Source of the DNA: Massalongia carnosa
Lineage: Eukaryota
Direction of reading: 5' to 3'
DNA: 64,000 bases
NCBI GenBank assembly: GCA_965645245.1
Contig: OZ287079.1
Coordinates: 1,364,001-1,428,000, forward strand
The position numbers and the translations under genes were made by a program. Below are positions 46,693 to 61,000 of the stretch, in pieces. Each line of letters opens with the position of its first letter. Position 1 is the first letter of the stretch. The notes beneath the pieces were generated by a model that saw only the letters and a program-made list of their open reading frames with translations, was not told the DNA's origin and did no database searches.

Positions 46693-48454
46693 TGTTATGA
46701 TCTACCTAGAGACAAGTCATAGGGACACTAGAAACGAATACAATAAAGATAAAGAAGGAAAAAGACAATCGACAACCAGAACCTGCCCCTATATATCCTC
46801 TACTGCGCTAGTACCCATGTGGTATAGTCGTCATGGAACCTTCTAGCAGCTGCGGGAACGAAATCGAAAGCGCCTGCGTGTTCCATCTACGATTGCCCTA
46901 GGCGGTGCCGAGTGCCGAGGTCGTGCCGTGTAGAATCGTGACACTACCCTTCGCTTTAAATCGCGATCACCTGAGCGCGAACTAGGCGGTGCAAGCGGTG
47001 CAGGCAGTCAGTAGTCAGCGGTGAAACTGGTTCATTAGCTGAAGTGCTTCCGATTCTTTGCCAAGGTTTCCCGTGTCTTTCCAAGCTCTTTCGTCGATTT
47101 TCCGGTAATTTCGGTGCAGTCAGTACTTTGGTGTCTGGGGTCTGGTGTCTGGTGTCTGGTGCCTGCTGTCTGGTTTCTGGTGTCTAGTGTCTGGTGGTTC
47201 TGGTTCTGGTTCTGGTTCTGGTTCGTACGACTGGCCTAACTAGTGCAAGGGTCGCTCGTTGTCGTTCCGATGTGGGGTTCTTTTACATCCGCCACCGAGG
47301 ATGGTTCTTCTGGGTCTGGGTGGTTCTGAAGGTTCTGGTGGTTCTGGTCCGTACGACTGGCCTAGTGCAAGGGTCGCTCGTTGTCGTTCCGATGTGGGTT
47401 TCTTTTACATCCGCCACCGAGGATGGTTCTTCTGGGTTCGAGTTCTGGGTCTGGGTGCCACGCTGTAGGGGTGGCGGCCTTCTGGTTCTGGTTCAGGGTG
47501 ACTGGCCTAGTGAAAGGGTCGCTCGTTGTCGTTCCGATGTGGGTTTCTTTTAAATCCGCCACCGAGGATGGTTCTTCTGGGTTCTGGTTCTGGGTCTGGG
47601 TGACTGGCCTAGTGCAAGGGTCGCTCGTTGTCGTTCCGATGTGGGTTTCTTTTACATCCGCCACCGAGGATGGTTCTTCTGGGTTCGGGTTCTGGGTCTG
47701 GATGCCACACTGTAGGGGTGGCGGCCTTCTGTTTCTGGTTCTGGGTCTGGGTGCCACGCTGTAGGGGTGGCGGCCTTCTGCTTCTGGTTCTGGGTGACTG
47801 GCCTAGTGCAAGGGTCGCTCGTTGTCGTTCCGATGTGGGTTTCTTTTATATCCGCCACCGAGGATGGTTCTTCTGGGTTCGGATTCTGGGTCTGGGTGCC
47901 ACGCTGTAGGGGTAGCGGCCTATTGGTTCGGGTTCTGGGTCTGGGTGCCACGCTGTAGGGGTAGCGGCCTTCTGGTTCTGGTTCTGGTTCTGGGTGCCAC
48001 GCTGTAGGGGTGGCGGCCTTCTGGTTCTGGTTCTGGTTCTGGGTGCCACGCTGTAGGGATGGCGGCCTTCTGGTTCTGGTGGTTCTGGCTCTGGTTCGTA
48101 CGACTTGCCTAATGAAAGGGTCGTTCTTTCTTCAGTCCTCGATTCGGTGAGTTCTTTTACATCCCTCACGTAGGATAATAGATGAAGACGATCTTTATTG
48201 TAATGTTATGATCTACCTAGAGACAAGTCATAGGGACACTAGAAACGAATACAATAAAGATGAAGAAGGAAAAAGACAATCGACAACCAGAACCTGCCCC
48301 TATATATCCTCTACTGCGCTAGTACCTATGTGGTATAGTCGTCATGGAACCTTCTAGCAGCTGCGGGAACGAAATCGAAAGCGCCTGCGTGTTCCATCTA
48401 CGATTGCCCTAGGCGGTGCCGAGTGCCGAGGTCGTGCCGTGTAGAATCGTGACA
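46693..48454 (-). mobile_element. Family-B non-autonomous LTR element (251-bp LTRs) with tandem-repeat interior, inside a family-A LTR fragment
   Basis: LTRs at 46693-46943 and 48204-48454, TSD AGTGC, purine tract AAAGCGAAGGGTAG on minus strand. Confidence 0.92.
47130..48110. repeat. Compound tandem repeats (~120-190-bp modules built from TCTGGT/TCTGGG hexamers and two longer motifs)
   Basis: Recurring GACTGGCCTAGTGCAAGGGTCGCTCGTTGTCG.. and GGTGCCACGCTGTAGGGGTGGCGGCC. Confidence 0.9.
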
Positions 48455-49499
48455 AGTGCTTAGATCAAGAGATCTCGTCTAAGACCCAAACTTAGGTTGT
48501 TTATAGAATTACGCCGCGCAACGGGTTGGGTTAAACCCGTCGGGTTTGGGTCGGGTTTTCGGGTCGGTTTGGACTCCCTCGAACCCGACCCGACGGGTTC
48601 GGGTTATTTATGCGGGTTTCCGGGTTAAACCGTTCAACCCGGTCAGTTTTTTCTGCAAATACATCGGGAAATCGGGAGATGACTAATAGATCTTAATAAT
48701 TAAATACCGTATTAATTAACATTTAAGACCCTGGTTTTATAGGGGGTAGTCCGTCAAAGGGTTAATTAGAATAGTATTTTATAGATAGGGGGTTTTTATA
48801 GGTAGGGGGGTTTTATAGGTGGGTGAGGTTTTATAGAGGGGCTAGAGATATTAGTCAGCTGGAGAGACAACGCGAAAACGCATAATAATTTAATATTTCT
48901 CCCCGATATTTCGACCTTTGGATGGGACAAAAGGCTAGAAACATTGATGGATTATGTTTCTGCATATAATGTGAATAGGTGCAAACCTCTTCTTATATTT
49001 CAGGGTCAAGATGTCGTCAAGAACAGTCGCATTTTCAGGTCACGCACGTCCTGACATAAGCGAATCGGTAGTTATAACCGATCTCCGATCTCCGACTAGG
49101 ACACGGCTCGTGTTCGTATTCTTCTTTTCATTGTACCAATCATAATTACTGTAATTAAATCAACGGACTCGCGACCCGAAGAAGTGGGGCTATAGGATAA
49201 AGACCTGATCACCCACTTCTTTCGAGGGGTCACTAATCAATTTATTGATTTACCACTCTCTACTCGTACATTCATCACGAATCCATATAGTAGTCACGCT
49301 GTTAGACTTGACTCCTTACATTTTAATCAGTCTAATATCCTAGTAACAGCCCGACGATGCTATGGTACCCCGACGTGCGACTTCAGCTGTGGTGAGAGGT
49401 AATTCCTCTGGAAACAACGAGTCGGACACAGTGGAAAACACGCCCGACTCCGGGACGACTAACCCGCCTCTGTCCTCTATAGACGATATGCAACGTGAA

Positions 49500-50529
49500 T
49501 GTAATACGGATGGCGCTAGAGGGATACGTGCTCGCCTATGGCGGTTGCGGGATTAACTAGCGTGGACCATGCCGTAGGACAAAGTCGCATAAGCCGTCGA
49601 GGCTGACACACTGCCATCTTGCCCCGAAACTTCGGAGTTATTGTTATCACGTTCTTGACTACTTACAGATCAAACACCTGTCGAGGCCGTGGTGGTAGAT
49701 TGCCATGGAGTGTAAGGCGGACTCCTGTGGAGACGCCAAGGAACTCTATATGGGATCTACTGGCCTACTCGGAGCTACTGGATCTCTTGATGGATCAAGA
49801 GAGGTAGCAGGAGGCACGGCTCGCTGGACGCAGCTTGAGCTAGGCTCCCTGGTGTAAACTTCAGCTTCAACCTTTATTACTACGTTGGTAGTGATGTCGG
49901 CTGAATGAACCTACATGACCTCATTGTCTAGACCTTGTGTCTAGAGGCAGGTCCGCAGTGTAGCGAGGTATTCAGTCGGAGGTAACCTTCCATCACTAGG
50001 TAGTGGTGACGGCGAAATGAAGCTACATAGCCTGAGGCATGTAGTGAGGGATCTAGCCGGGGGTAGAATTGTTCTACCTTGCAAGGGAAGATCTAGAAGG
50101 CTGCTCGAGGCTGACTAGATGATCCAGCGAACGCCGAGTTCGTGGATGGATCCTGAGGGATGGTTGGATGTAATGCGATAAAGTCGGATGTGGATTGCAA
50201 GGCTGTAATGCTCGCAAGACTCCCAAGGCTTGCAAGGCTCCTAAGGTTCCAAGGCTCCCAAGGCTATAGGCTTGGGGTGAGTAGGATAAATATCAGAACG
50301 AATCTTGTAGTATTCGTTAGCAATTAGTCTTTATTCTATGAACAACCTACGTTTGGGTCTCGGACGAGATCTCTTGGTCTAAGCACTTCCACATCCATTA
50401 GTTCTTTGGATCACGTATACTCTCGGAGACTAGCACGTAGTAGCTATCTTCCTCCTCTCACGCTGAGCATTTCCCCTTTCGAGATCAGTGTCGCTCGTGA
50501 TAAGCTTACTGGTCTCGTAGCCCATTACA
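49500..50529 (+). mobile_element. Family-A solo LTR inside gag
   Basis: TSD GTGAA. Confidence 0.92.
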
Positions 50530-53268
50530 GTGAATTAGACGAGATAAACGCCCAAAGACAACGCGTCCAGCTGGCTACTAGTCTAGAAAAAGCCAGAGCA
50601 GACAGAGACGCCGGATTCCCCGCCAAACTCCCCGACGACGTTGACTATTCGTCCGAAGGAAATCGACCCATTGAGTCTTGAAAAATCGTTCAAGACTGCT
50701 GACCAAAGACCTATACAGGAACTAATCAGAAGGACTACGAACAATTCGTCAGAGAATGTCTGCGTACCTTCAATCAAAACCCATCACCTATGAAAAGAAC
50801 ACAACAAAGGTCTTGTATGAGGAGAATTATATTAGACGAACACTAGCAGATGACTGGCATAGAGAGAAGCCCACACTTGATGAATCTTCTCTTACCTGGA
50901 AATATTTTGTTGACTTTCTCCTGGAAAAGCTAAAACCAAAATATCTTCGTCTATTGGATCTCGGAGGACAATTGAAGAAATTAAAACAACGACCAGGACA
51001 AACAGTGTCGGAGTTAGTTTCTTATCTCGACACACTGGAAGATCAACTTCCAGAAATACCTTCCGAATTACAAAGACATAGTAATCTTCTACATTCTCTT
51101 TATGATTATCTACAGAGAGCTATTATTCGAGCTAATTCTCAGGGCACAACACGACTTGCATTAATTGAAGCGGCCCGAGTATCAGAAAGAGTGGAACCTA
51201 AACCCGATTTCGTTCGGAACGCCACTCGTCCCCATCATCGATCTACAAACGAAGAAAGGCTGCAGAGGGCCCCGAGTCACCAACGAACCGTGACCTACAA
51301 TAAGGCCTCGAGTTCAAAGACGAGCGAAACTTCCGAGGCTAGTTCCGCTCAAGCAGCCGTTACCTCCCCGAGTCGTAAACGACCCCGAGAAGACACCACC
51401 GACTCTCCAAAAATCACTTGTTGGAATTGTGGTAAGAAGGGTCGTAAAAAATCTGACTGTCGAGCCCCAACAAGGAAGACGGGAAAAGCTTAGAGGTAAT
51501 CGATATTGCCTCGATTGTGTTGGCTCGTAAAAAGAGAGGTGAAAAAATAAATCACTTGTTTACTATGATAACTTTATATCTAGGACCAGTCGTACTACGA
51601 ATTCGGGCCATGATTGACTGCGGCTCGACATGGAATTTCGTGTCACAACTCAAGGTCAAAGAACTCGGTATCCGATTCACCCCCGACTCGCCACCGCCGT
51701 CCGATTTAAAGACTCTGGATTGAATACCTCTGCGTGCCTATCGAAATCACTCCCTACTAGTTGGGGTTGTTGATAGTAGGGGTATTGAGGATCGAACGGA
51801 ACATAAGTTCGTGGGTGCTGACGTGTTCGGGGTGGAGATGATACTAGGCCTACCCTGGTTAAATTGGGTGGACCCGGTTATCCGCTGGCATGAGCGCAAA
51901 TTGTTCCATGTTCGTCGGACCAAAAGTGGCGACGATGGGGCTTGTCTGCATGAGATTTTACCTCTCGAGACTGAAAGGCCTGTCGAGGGGGGGTTTACCC
52001 CCCCCCCCCCCGAAGTAAAAATACCAGTAGTCAAGCTGACGTAGCGATGGTGAGCAGGGACGAAATTTGGGATATTTGTGAAAATGATGGAGTTCAGGCA
52101 TTCCTTTTAGATATCGAGAAGCTCGATCGGGCAGGGCCCGTAGTCGGTTCGGTGACGGAGTTTACAAATGAAATTCCTTCCAAATATTCGGATTTTCATG
52201 ACGTCTTTTCGAAAGATAATACACAGAAGTTGCCTGGACATGGACCTCAGGATCATGCTATCGATACGGAAGGAAAACAGTCTCCATTCGGCCCAATATA
52301 CAATTTATCCTTGACCGAGTTACAAATATTACGGGAGTACCTCGACCAATATTTGGCCAAAGGATTTATAGTTCCTAGCACTTCATCGGCCGGTGCTCCT
52401 ATTTTATTCGTCAAGAAAAAGGATAGTGGTCTGAGACTATGTGTTGATTATCGGGGGCTGAACGCTATTACCATCAAAAATCGATATCCTTTACCCTTGA
52501 TCATGAACCTATTAAATGTTCTTATTGGCGCCGTCTACTTCACTAAACTCGATATCCGGGATGCATATCATAAAATCCGGGTACGGGCCGGTGACGAATG
52601 GAAAACGGCTTTTCGATGCAGGTACGGTCAATTTAAATACCGGGTTATGCCTTTCGGACTAGTCAACGCCCCTGCGTCATTCCAGGCCTACATAAACGAA
52701 GCCCTACGTGAATATTTAGATGACTTCGCAGTGGTGTACTTGGACGACATTTTGATATTCTCTAAATCGATGAAAGATCATACATTTCATGTCCGACTAG
52801 TCCTGGAGAAATTACGGAAATTCAGTCTACAGGTGAAATTATCCAAGTGCCTCTTTGACCAGACTGAAATTGAATTTCTGGGATTTATTGTAAATCGGAA
52901 TGGTATATCTATGGACTCATCTCGGGAGACGACGATTATAGATTGGCCTGAACCCAAAAATCATCGAGATGTTCAAGTATTTCTCGGGTTTGCAAATTTC
53001 TATAGGCGATTTATCAACGAATTCTCGCGCATTGTGGCCGCCTTAACGACGCTACTAAAAGGGGGAAAGAAAGGAAAGTTCGATATTAAATTCTCATTCA
53101 CCGAAGAAGCAACAGAATTATTTCGTCGTCTCAAGCATGCTTTTACCACCGCTCCTATATTATTGCATTTTGACCCTAAGGCGAAAATACAATTAGAGAC
53201 GGACGCGTCCGGAGTCGCGATTTCAGCTATTTTATCACAATTGGTTGAATCGACGGGACAGTGGCATC

Positions 53269-53839
53269 TGTAACGGTTCGACCAAGCGTGGTGCGGACGG
53301 CAGGACCTACAGCAAACATAACAGGAGACCCAGCTATAGTAGAATAGAGCTTGGTCTGCGGACTAAGTATTGTGCCTTTTGGTCGGGAAGGACAGGTAGC
53401 GCAATGGTAGAAATCTATTCACTATCTCGCTTCGTCACAGAATACTTAGTCATCAATCGGTGTACTAGTCGTGAGTTCGATTCCTGACCTGAGTTCCTCG
53501 CTTTTTCGCCTTGCTTCGACGGACTGAAGCTAGGACGAAACGGGAAAGCGTTGGATGAAAACTCTCTAAGTCGGATCGGCGAGGGCGGTACGCTAAGAAG
53601 AGCCCATTCTTCGGGGCTAACTATAACTGGAAGCGGCTAGGGGCTAGCCGCAGCTAGACGGGCGGTAGTGTAACGGTTCGACCAAGCGTGGTGCGGACGG
53701 CAGGACCTACAGCAAACATAGCAGGAGACCCAGTTATAGTAGAATAGAGCTTGGTCTGCGGACTAAGTATTGTGCCTTTTGGTCGGGAAGGACAGGTGGC
53801 GCAATGGTAGAAATCTATTCACTATCTCGCTTCGTCACA
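53269..53839 (+). mobile_element. Complete TRIM (571 bp; 171-bp LTRs at 53269-53439 and 53669-53839)
   Basis: TG..CA, TSD GCATC, purine-rich AGACGGGCGGTAG before 3' LTR; removal restores QWHPIAFWS. Confidence 0.95.
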
Positions 53840-54812
53840 GCATCCTATTGCTTTTTGGTCAAGAAAAATGCATGCAGCCGAATTAAACTACGGTGTTGGC
53901 GAAACAGAAATGTTGGCCATTGTTGAAGCATGTAAGGAGTGGAGACATTATCTTGAGGGGGCGATACATTCGATTCGGGTAATAACCGATTATTGTAATC
54001 TTCGTACCTTTCTTACTACCAAAAATTTATCTAGACGAGAGGCGAGATGGTGGGAAAGACTTTCTAGTCTTGATCTCGTTATTGAATATCGTCCAGGTCG
54101 TCATAATCCAGCCGATGGACCCTCTAGACGCCCGGATTATATGGAAGAAAGGCACGACTTGTCTTATCAAGCCGGAGCTATAATTCCTGGAAGATTCGGG
54201 GGGGTCTCGGAGAGGAATCTGGGTGGGATAGAGGAGCTCATTACGTCAAATTAGAGAATGGCCCTTGTAAATGATGAATCTCAAGTAGCTGACGATGCTA
54301 TGGACTGGGAATCTACTATAAATGAATTATCAGACGGGGCAAATCGCAATTTGATGAGTCCACCCGTTGTCGACAAAAATTGTCGGAGTACTGCGCAGGC
54401 CCAACAAACCACTGAAGGAATTGGAATTGATTCGGCTGAAATTGTCGAAATTTCTGAAATTCTTGCGGTTGTTGGAAGAACTAAGGGGACAAAATCAGGA
54501 ACTAGTTCCGATACCTCTCAGTTACAGGAGAAATTGATTAATTTAAAATCAGTTGGACTCAAACTCGTGGAAACTTTGGATGAGAAGTTTGAAATTTCTC
54601 GGAAAGAGATAAAAAATGTCTCTGAGAAAGACTCGGCGTTTGGGGCCGCCCCAGTAGAACTACGCACCGTTTTACAAATTCTGCAAGAGCCTGATCAACT
54701 AGTGCAGAAGAAACGGCCCTCCATCGCATCGTCGATGGATGAGGGGCGGAATTCTATAGGACGACTACATGACGCGTCGAGGGATAAATCGGGGGGTAAC
54801 GAAGACTCGTCA

Positions 54813-54972
54813 TGTGACGAAGCGAGATAGTGAATAGATTTCTACCATTGCGCCACCTGTCCTTCCCGACCAATACTTAGTCCGCAGACCAAGCTCTATT
54901 CTACTATAACTGGGACCTGCTATGTTCGCTGTAGGTCCTGCCGTCCGCACCACGCTTGGTCGAACCGTTACA
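54813..54972 (-). mobile_element. TRIM solo LTR
   Basis: TSD CGTCA. Confidence 0.9.
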
Positions 54973-57853
54973 CGTCAGGCTCTCAGGTCCGAGACGGACG
55001 CGAGTCGGAGGGCGAAGTCGAAGGAGACCCAGAAAAAACCCGATGGCACATGAAGGATAATATCCTCTGCAGGGACAATAGGTGGTATATTCCCCCTGGT
55101 CTATTACGTGCTGAACTTTTGCGGCAGAATCATGATGATCCCAATGCGGGCCACTTTGGTTATTCCAGAACGTTGGGATTGATCCAGAGGAAATAATATT
55201 GGCCCGAAATGGTAAAGGACATCAAGCATTATGTGGAAACGTGTACTCGTTGTCATCAAGTTAAATCGTCCAGACATAAGCCCTTCGGATTATTAGAATC
55301 CCTACCCGTACCAAAAAGGCCTAGACAAAATTGGACGATAGACTTCATAACGGATCTGCTCCCGAGTCTCCGCCGAACCGTGTGTCAGGACCTGCCATAA
55401 AGACTACGGAGAAGGATACGGAAAAGGGGCATCAGCATGGACTCGGCCGCCGAACCCGGCCCGACCCTAATGGGCTGATTCCGCTGTCGGCCACATGCCG
55501 TCGAGGGGGGACGGCTGGCGAGGGGGACGGCTGGAAACCCATGTCGGATGGCACTAACCGCCCAAAGGGGCCGGGAGCCATTTGGACTAATCAGATAGCT
55601 GGGGGCTATCCGATAAGGGAGTCTTAGGGGGAGACACGTCTGTAGGATAAAGAGGTCGATGCCCACCTTATTCTAAGGGCATAGATCAATAACATACATT
55701 ATTGAGTTACCCCCTTCACGTGACCAACACGCCCTCTGAGTAGAAGCATACGTCTTACACTTTGATCTATCCAACCTTCTAGGGAGCCCGTTGGTCATTC
55801 CTCATTACCTCGACATTTCAACCTATGGTATTAACTAGATCGCAAATGTCTTCGTCCACCGCTTCCGGGGCGAACCCGACACCTAACCCGGACGAGACCC
55901 TAATTTCCGCCACCATGGCAGACATGCAGCGAGAAGTTGAGGCCATTGAGGCTGAATGGAAGCAGGCGCACCTAGCCAAAACGCTGGAGGACCTGAAGAA
56001 GGAAATGGCCGCCGGCTTCCCCACTCTCACGGATCGAACCAAACCCGTCGACCCGCTGGCCCTGGAAAGGTCTCTTCGTTCCGTAGACCCGACGACCTAC
56101 GCCGGCGACAATCAGCGGGCGTTTGACACATTCCTACGTGACTGCAAGAGAACTTTTCTGCAGAAGCCAGTCACATACGAATCGCCCTCGGCACAGGTCC
56201 TCTACGCCGAGAACTATCTATGCGGAGCCCCTGCCGACGATTGGCACCGTGAGAAGGAAGCGACGACGAAGGCGGCGGAAGGTGAGCTCACCTAGAAAAT
56301 CTTTGCTGACTTCCTCCAGGAAAAGCTCAAACCGAAGCATCTACGCTTGATGGATCTGGGGGGAACAACTGAAGAAATTACGCCAATTCCAGGGGCAGAC
56401 CGTGTCCGATTTTGTCACATATCTGGAAAGCCTAGAAGCTCAACTCCCCGAACCCCCCACGGAAATGCAGAAGCATTCCAACCTCCTACACAGCGTGCAC
56501 GACTACTTGAAGACGGCTGTGATCCGGGCGGGTAGTCAGGGGACGACCAGGGCGGAACTGGTCGAGGCGGTGAGGATTGCGGAAAGGGTTGAGCCAAAAC
56601 CCGATGGATGGAAGAAGACTTTCAATAAAAGCCGGAATCAAAATCGAAACAATCAATCTTCCTCAACCCCCAAACCTGAAGAAGATGGACCCGCTGACGC
56701 TCCACAGGCACCCGTGATTAATCCGAACCACCAATCAAACAAAAGAAAGCTGGATGATCAGGAAGATCAGCAAGATCAAGAAGCCCCGCCCCCTACGAGA
56801 CCAAAAGGAAATCGGTCGGATAAGGATTGCTGGAACTGCGGGAAAATGAGGCACCTTCAATTCGAATGTCGGTCCCGGCCGTCGCCGCGGGGATCGTCCC
56901 GCCGGCCGGGAAAAGGTCGGGGCCAATAGACGTTGCCTCCGTCGTATTGGCCCGGCAAATGAGGAAATCCCCATGCCGCCACCTCTTCTCAACGGTTTTC
57001 CTATATTACGACAACAGTCAGCATCGTGTCCGAGCAATGATCGACTGCGGAGCAACTTGGAACCTTATCGCTCAAACCTGGCTAAATGAGGTAGGTGTTC
57101 GAGATCCTCCCGGCTCCCTTCCACCATCTGGGTTGAAAACTCTCGATGGAACCCCCTTCCAGACTTATTTTGATCATGCCCTGCGCGTCGGGGTTGTTGA
57201 TGACAATGGTCTTGAGCGAGTGGCCGAGCAGGCATTCGTCGCGTCAGACATGTATGGGGTGGACATGATCCTGGGCTTGCCCTGGTTGGGTCATGCCAAT
57301 CCATCCATCGGCTGGCGCGAAAGGAGGATAATCCATGAAAGCCACCTCATCGAGGGTGAAGTACGAGATGACCTGCCAGGGGAACGTCCCGGGGTCACTG
57401 TAGGCGATGAGGAAACCCCTCATCGAAGTAGCAATCTCCCAGTAGTGGCAATGGTGAGTGAGCAGGAGATCTTTGACATCTGCGAATGCGAGAGCGTCGA
57501 CGCATTCCTAATAGACATTCGGGAAATGCTCGGTGGGAGCCCGGAGAGTCGGAGTCAATAGTTGGTGCCATCTCTACGTCTAGCAATAAACTTCTGCCTC
57601 TGTATCAATCCTACAGTGACGTCTGCTCCAATGAAAAAGCTTCAGTGCTACCAGAACGAGGGCCCCACGACCATAAAATCAATCTGGAAGGCGAACCACC
57701 CCCGACCCGGGCCATGTATAACCTCTCCCTCACCGAACTAGAAACCCTAAAAGACTACATCGACGACAACCTGGCAAAAGGGTATATTACCCATAGCACC
57801 TCACGACTAGGCGCGCCCATCCTATTCACCAAGAAGAAATATGGTAGTCTACG

Positions 57854-58089
57854 TGTTGAATAGGTCTATGACTATGGCTATATGACTATGTAAAGATAGG
57901 GGCCTGTATGACCATGATGTTAAGGATGCAGAGTTGCTACGGAGTGCAGAGCAATCTGTTCCTTTTATCTTGGTCACCTCTGCTAAGCGAGATGATAATA
58001 GTTTATCCGAGCCTCCATGCGATTAGATTAGATCTGATCTTATCTAATCTATCGGCTAGGCAATGCTGGTAGAAGTTGAACATTCAACA
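57854..58089. mobile_element. Family-C solo LTR inside RT
   Basis: TSD CTACG; removal restores SLRLCVDYR. Confidence 0.92.
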
Positions 58090-61000
58090 CTACGTCTGTG
58101 TCGATTATCGGGCCCTAAATGCTGCTACGATTAAGAATAAGTACCCTCTACCCCTGATCCAGGGGCTGTTCGACATCGTCAGCGGGTCGGCTATCTACAC
58201 CAAGTTGGATTTGAGGGACGCATACAACACCCTCCGAATCGCCGCCGGGGACGAATGGAAGACGGCCTTCAGATGTAGATATGGCCATTTTGAGTATAGA
58301 GTCATGCCCTTCGGACTGGTCAATGCCCCCGCCTCCTTTCAAGCGTTCATTCACGAGGTGTTGAAAGAGAATCTCGACCAGTTCGTAGTAGTATATCTTG
58401 ACGACATCCTCATCTTCTCCAAGACGGAAGAGGAGCATTCGGGCCACGTTCGATGGGTTCTGGATCAATTGCGGAAATGGAAACTACACGCAAAGTTATC
58501 GAAATGCATCTTCCACGCGTACGAGCTGGACTTCCTGGGCTACATACTCTCCCGAAAAGGCATCGCCATGGACCCAGGACGAATTTTTACGGTGACGCAA
58601 TGGCCGGAGCCGAAATCTCATCGAGAAGTTAAAGTCTTTCTTGGATTCGCCAACTTCTATAGACGCTTCATCAAAGGATTCTCGCGCATAGTGGCGCCAA
58701 TCACTTCCTTGCTGAAAGGTGGGGACAAAGGCCGTTTCCGGGGGAAGTTCGTGTGGACGGACAAGGCAAAGGGGGCTTTTGAGGCGTTAAAAATCGCGTT
58801 CACTAGCGCCCCAATGTTGCTGCATTTCGATCCTGCAAGGCGTATTAAGCTCGAGACGGATGCGTCAGATTTCGCCCTATCAGGAATCCTCAGTCAACTA
58901 GTCGAAGAAACGGGCCAATGGCACCCGATCGCCTTCTGGTCCCGGAAAATGACCCCTGCAGAAATCAATTATGGGGTCGGGGAGAAGGAAATGTTAGCAA
59001 TCGTGGAAGCGTGCAAAAATTGGAGACACTATCTTGAAGGGGCAAACTTCCCCGTCAAAGTGCTCACCGATCATGGAAACCTTCACACCTTTTTCACAAC
59101 CAAAACACTATCTAGACGCGAAGCGCGTTGGTGGGAAAGACTATCCAGTCTAGACCTACAGCTCGAGTACAGACCTGGTCGGAATAATCCGGCAGATGGA
59201 CCCTCGCGACGCCCGGACTACGCAGGGCCAGGCTTGCATCGTCAAGACGAGGCCACACTGCTGGGTCAGGGGGTCGTCGGGGGGGAAAGCGAGGTATATC
59301 AAACGAGAGCAGATGAAGTCGGTCAAGGGCCGAAGGAATCCTTCGTCTTCAACAATACTCCACCGGAGACGCGCACGGAATCCTCAATTGCTGTCGTAGG
59401 GATGGATACCACCCCGAATGCTGCACGGGCGTCGGATCCTGATATCCAGGCGGCAATGAGAAGGACCAAGGGGGGGAAGAAAAAGGGCAAAAAGCCTGCC
59501 CCTCCGAAGTCAGACGAGACCGCGGCTGACTCCAAGCCTGTGGGATTCCGACTCGTCGAGGCCGAGAGGGACTCGGACACATTAAGCCAGCGCGTCCTAG
59601 ACGTGACTGAGTCGGAAGCTGCCTTTGCATCGCCCCCCCTGGAACTCAGCACCGTCCTTCGTATTCTTCAAGAGACTGATCACCTTGCGAAGCGAAGACG
59701 GCCCCTCGCCGCATCGTCGTTGCAGGGAGAGCTGGATCAGGAAAGGGACGGTCAGAGGCAGCCCGCCGAGGGAACGGAGGGGGTCGCAGGAGACGACCTT
59801 CCTGCCGATGAGAAAGAAGACGGGCTCTGGCATCTCAAAGATGACATCCTCTGTCGAAATAACAGGTGGTATATACCGCCTGGATTGCTGAGAAACGAAC
59901 TGCTAAAAAGGAATCATGATGATCCAAACGCAGGGCATTTCGGTACCCTCAGAACGACAGAACTTCTCTAACGAAAATACTACTGGCCCCGAATGGTCCC
60001 TGATGTCAAGCACTACGTTGATACCTGTACTCGCTGTCATCAAGTCAAGGCAGTCAGGCATAGACCATTCGGCGAATTAGAATCCTTGCCAGTACCTCTG
60101 GGTCCAAGACAGAATTGGGCACTAGATTTCATTACGGATTTGCCCCCGAGCATCCGCCGCACCCTTATTTTTGATGCAATACTAGTAATTGTTGACAGGT
60201 ATACAAAGTACGCCCGATACATCGCGGCCAGGAAAGACTGGACGGCGGAGAACCTTGCCGACGCCCTGGTAGAAGAAGTCTTCACCCGCTTTGGAATGCC
60301 GGTCTCGCTGGTGACCGACAGGGGAAGCCTGATCACCTCGAATTTCTGGTCCAACTTCTGCTATCATCTGAGGGTACGGCTCAATTACAGTACGGCCTTT
60401 CACCCCTAGACCGACGGGCAAACGGAACGTCAAAATCAGACGTTGGAACAGTACCTTCGTTGCTACGTCAATTATCAACAAGACGACTGGGTGTACTGGC
60501 TACCGATGGCAGAATACGCCTACAACAACAGTCGGCATAGCGTACTGAAAATGTCCCCATTCGAGGCCCTTTTCGGAGAGGCACCGAGGTGGGAGGAGGA
60601 AATAACGGAAACCGAAAAGGAAACGCCAGCAGCGAAAGACAGGGCGATAGAAACGCTCGAAAAGAGACGTCGTCTCGAAACTCTGCTGCAAAAAGCATCA
60701 GCAGATCAAGCTAAGTACTACAATCAGAAGCACACCCCGATGACCTATCGGGTCAAGGACAAGGTACTACTTAATGCTAAAAACATCTCATCTACTAGGC
60801 CTTCAAAGAAACTGGACTATAAATACTACGGTCCTTATGAGATAACCAAGGTTATAGGAAAGCAAACGTATCGTCTGAAACTACCGCCGCTACTAAAAGG
60901 CGTCCACGACGTCTTTCACGTCAACCTTCTAGAACCATACAATGAAGACTCAGCAAGAGGTCCTGAGCTCCCCCCGGCCATCGAGGTCGACGGCGAGGAG

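Noticed and set aside
47194..48169. Overlapping ORFs as host genes
   Set aside because: They arise from stop-poor tandem repeats inside an LTR element
49321..49340. Self-priming PBS for the outer Gypsy
   Set aside because: No convincing 9-11-nt complement found in the putative LTR, whose limits are uncertain
53520..53560. Retrozyme-like hammerhead in the TRIM (CTGAAG..GAAAC)
   Set aside because: Core reads CTGAAGC rather than CUGANGA, and stems I and II cannot form
53615..53630. TAACTATAAC resembling an LSU rRNA segment
   Set aside because: Only a 10-nt match with no further rRNA similarity
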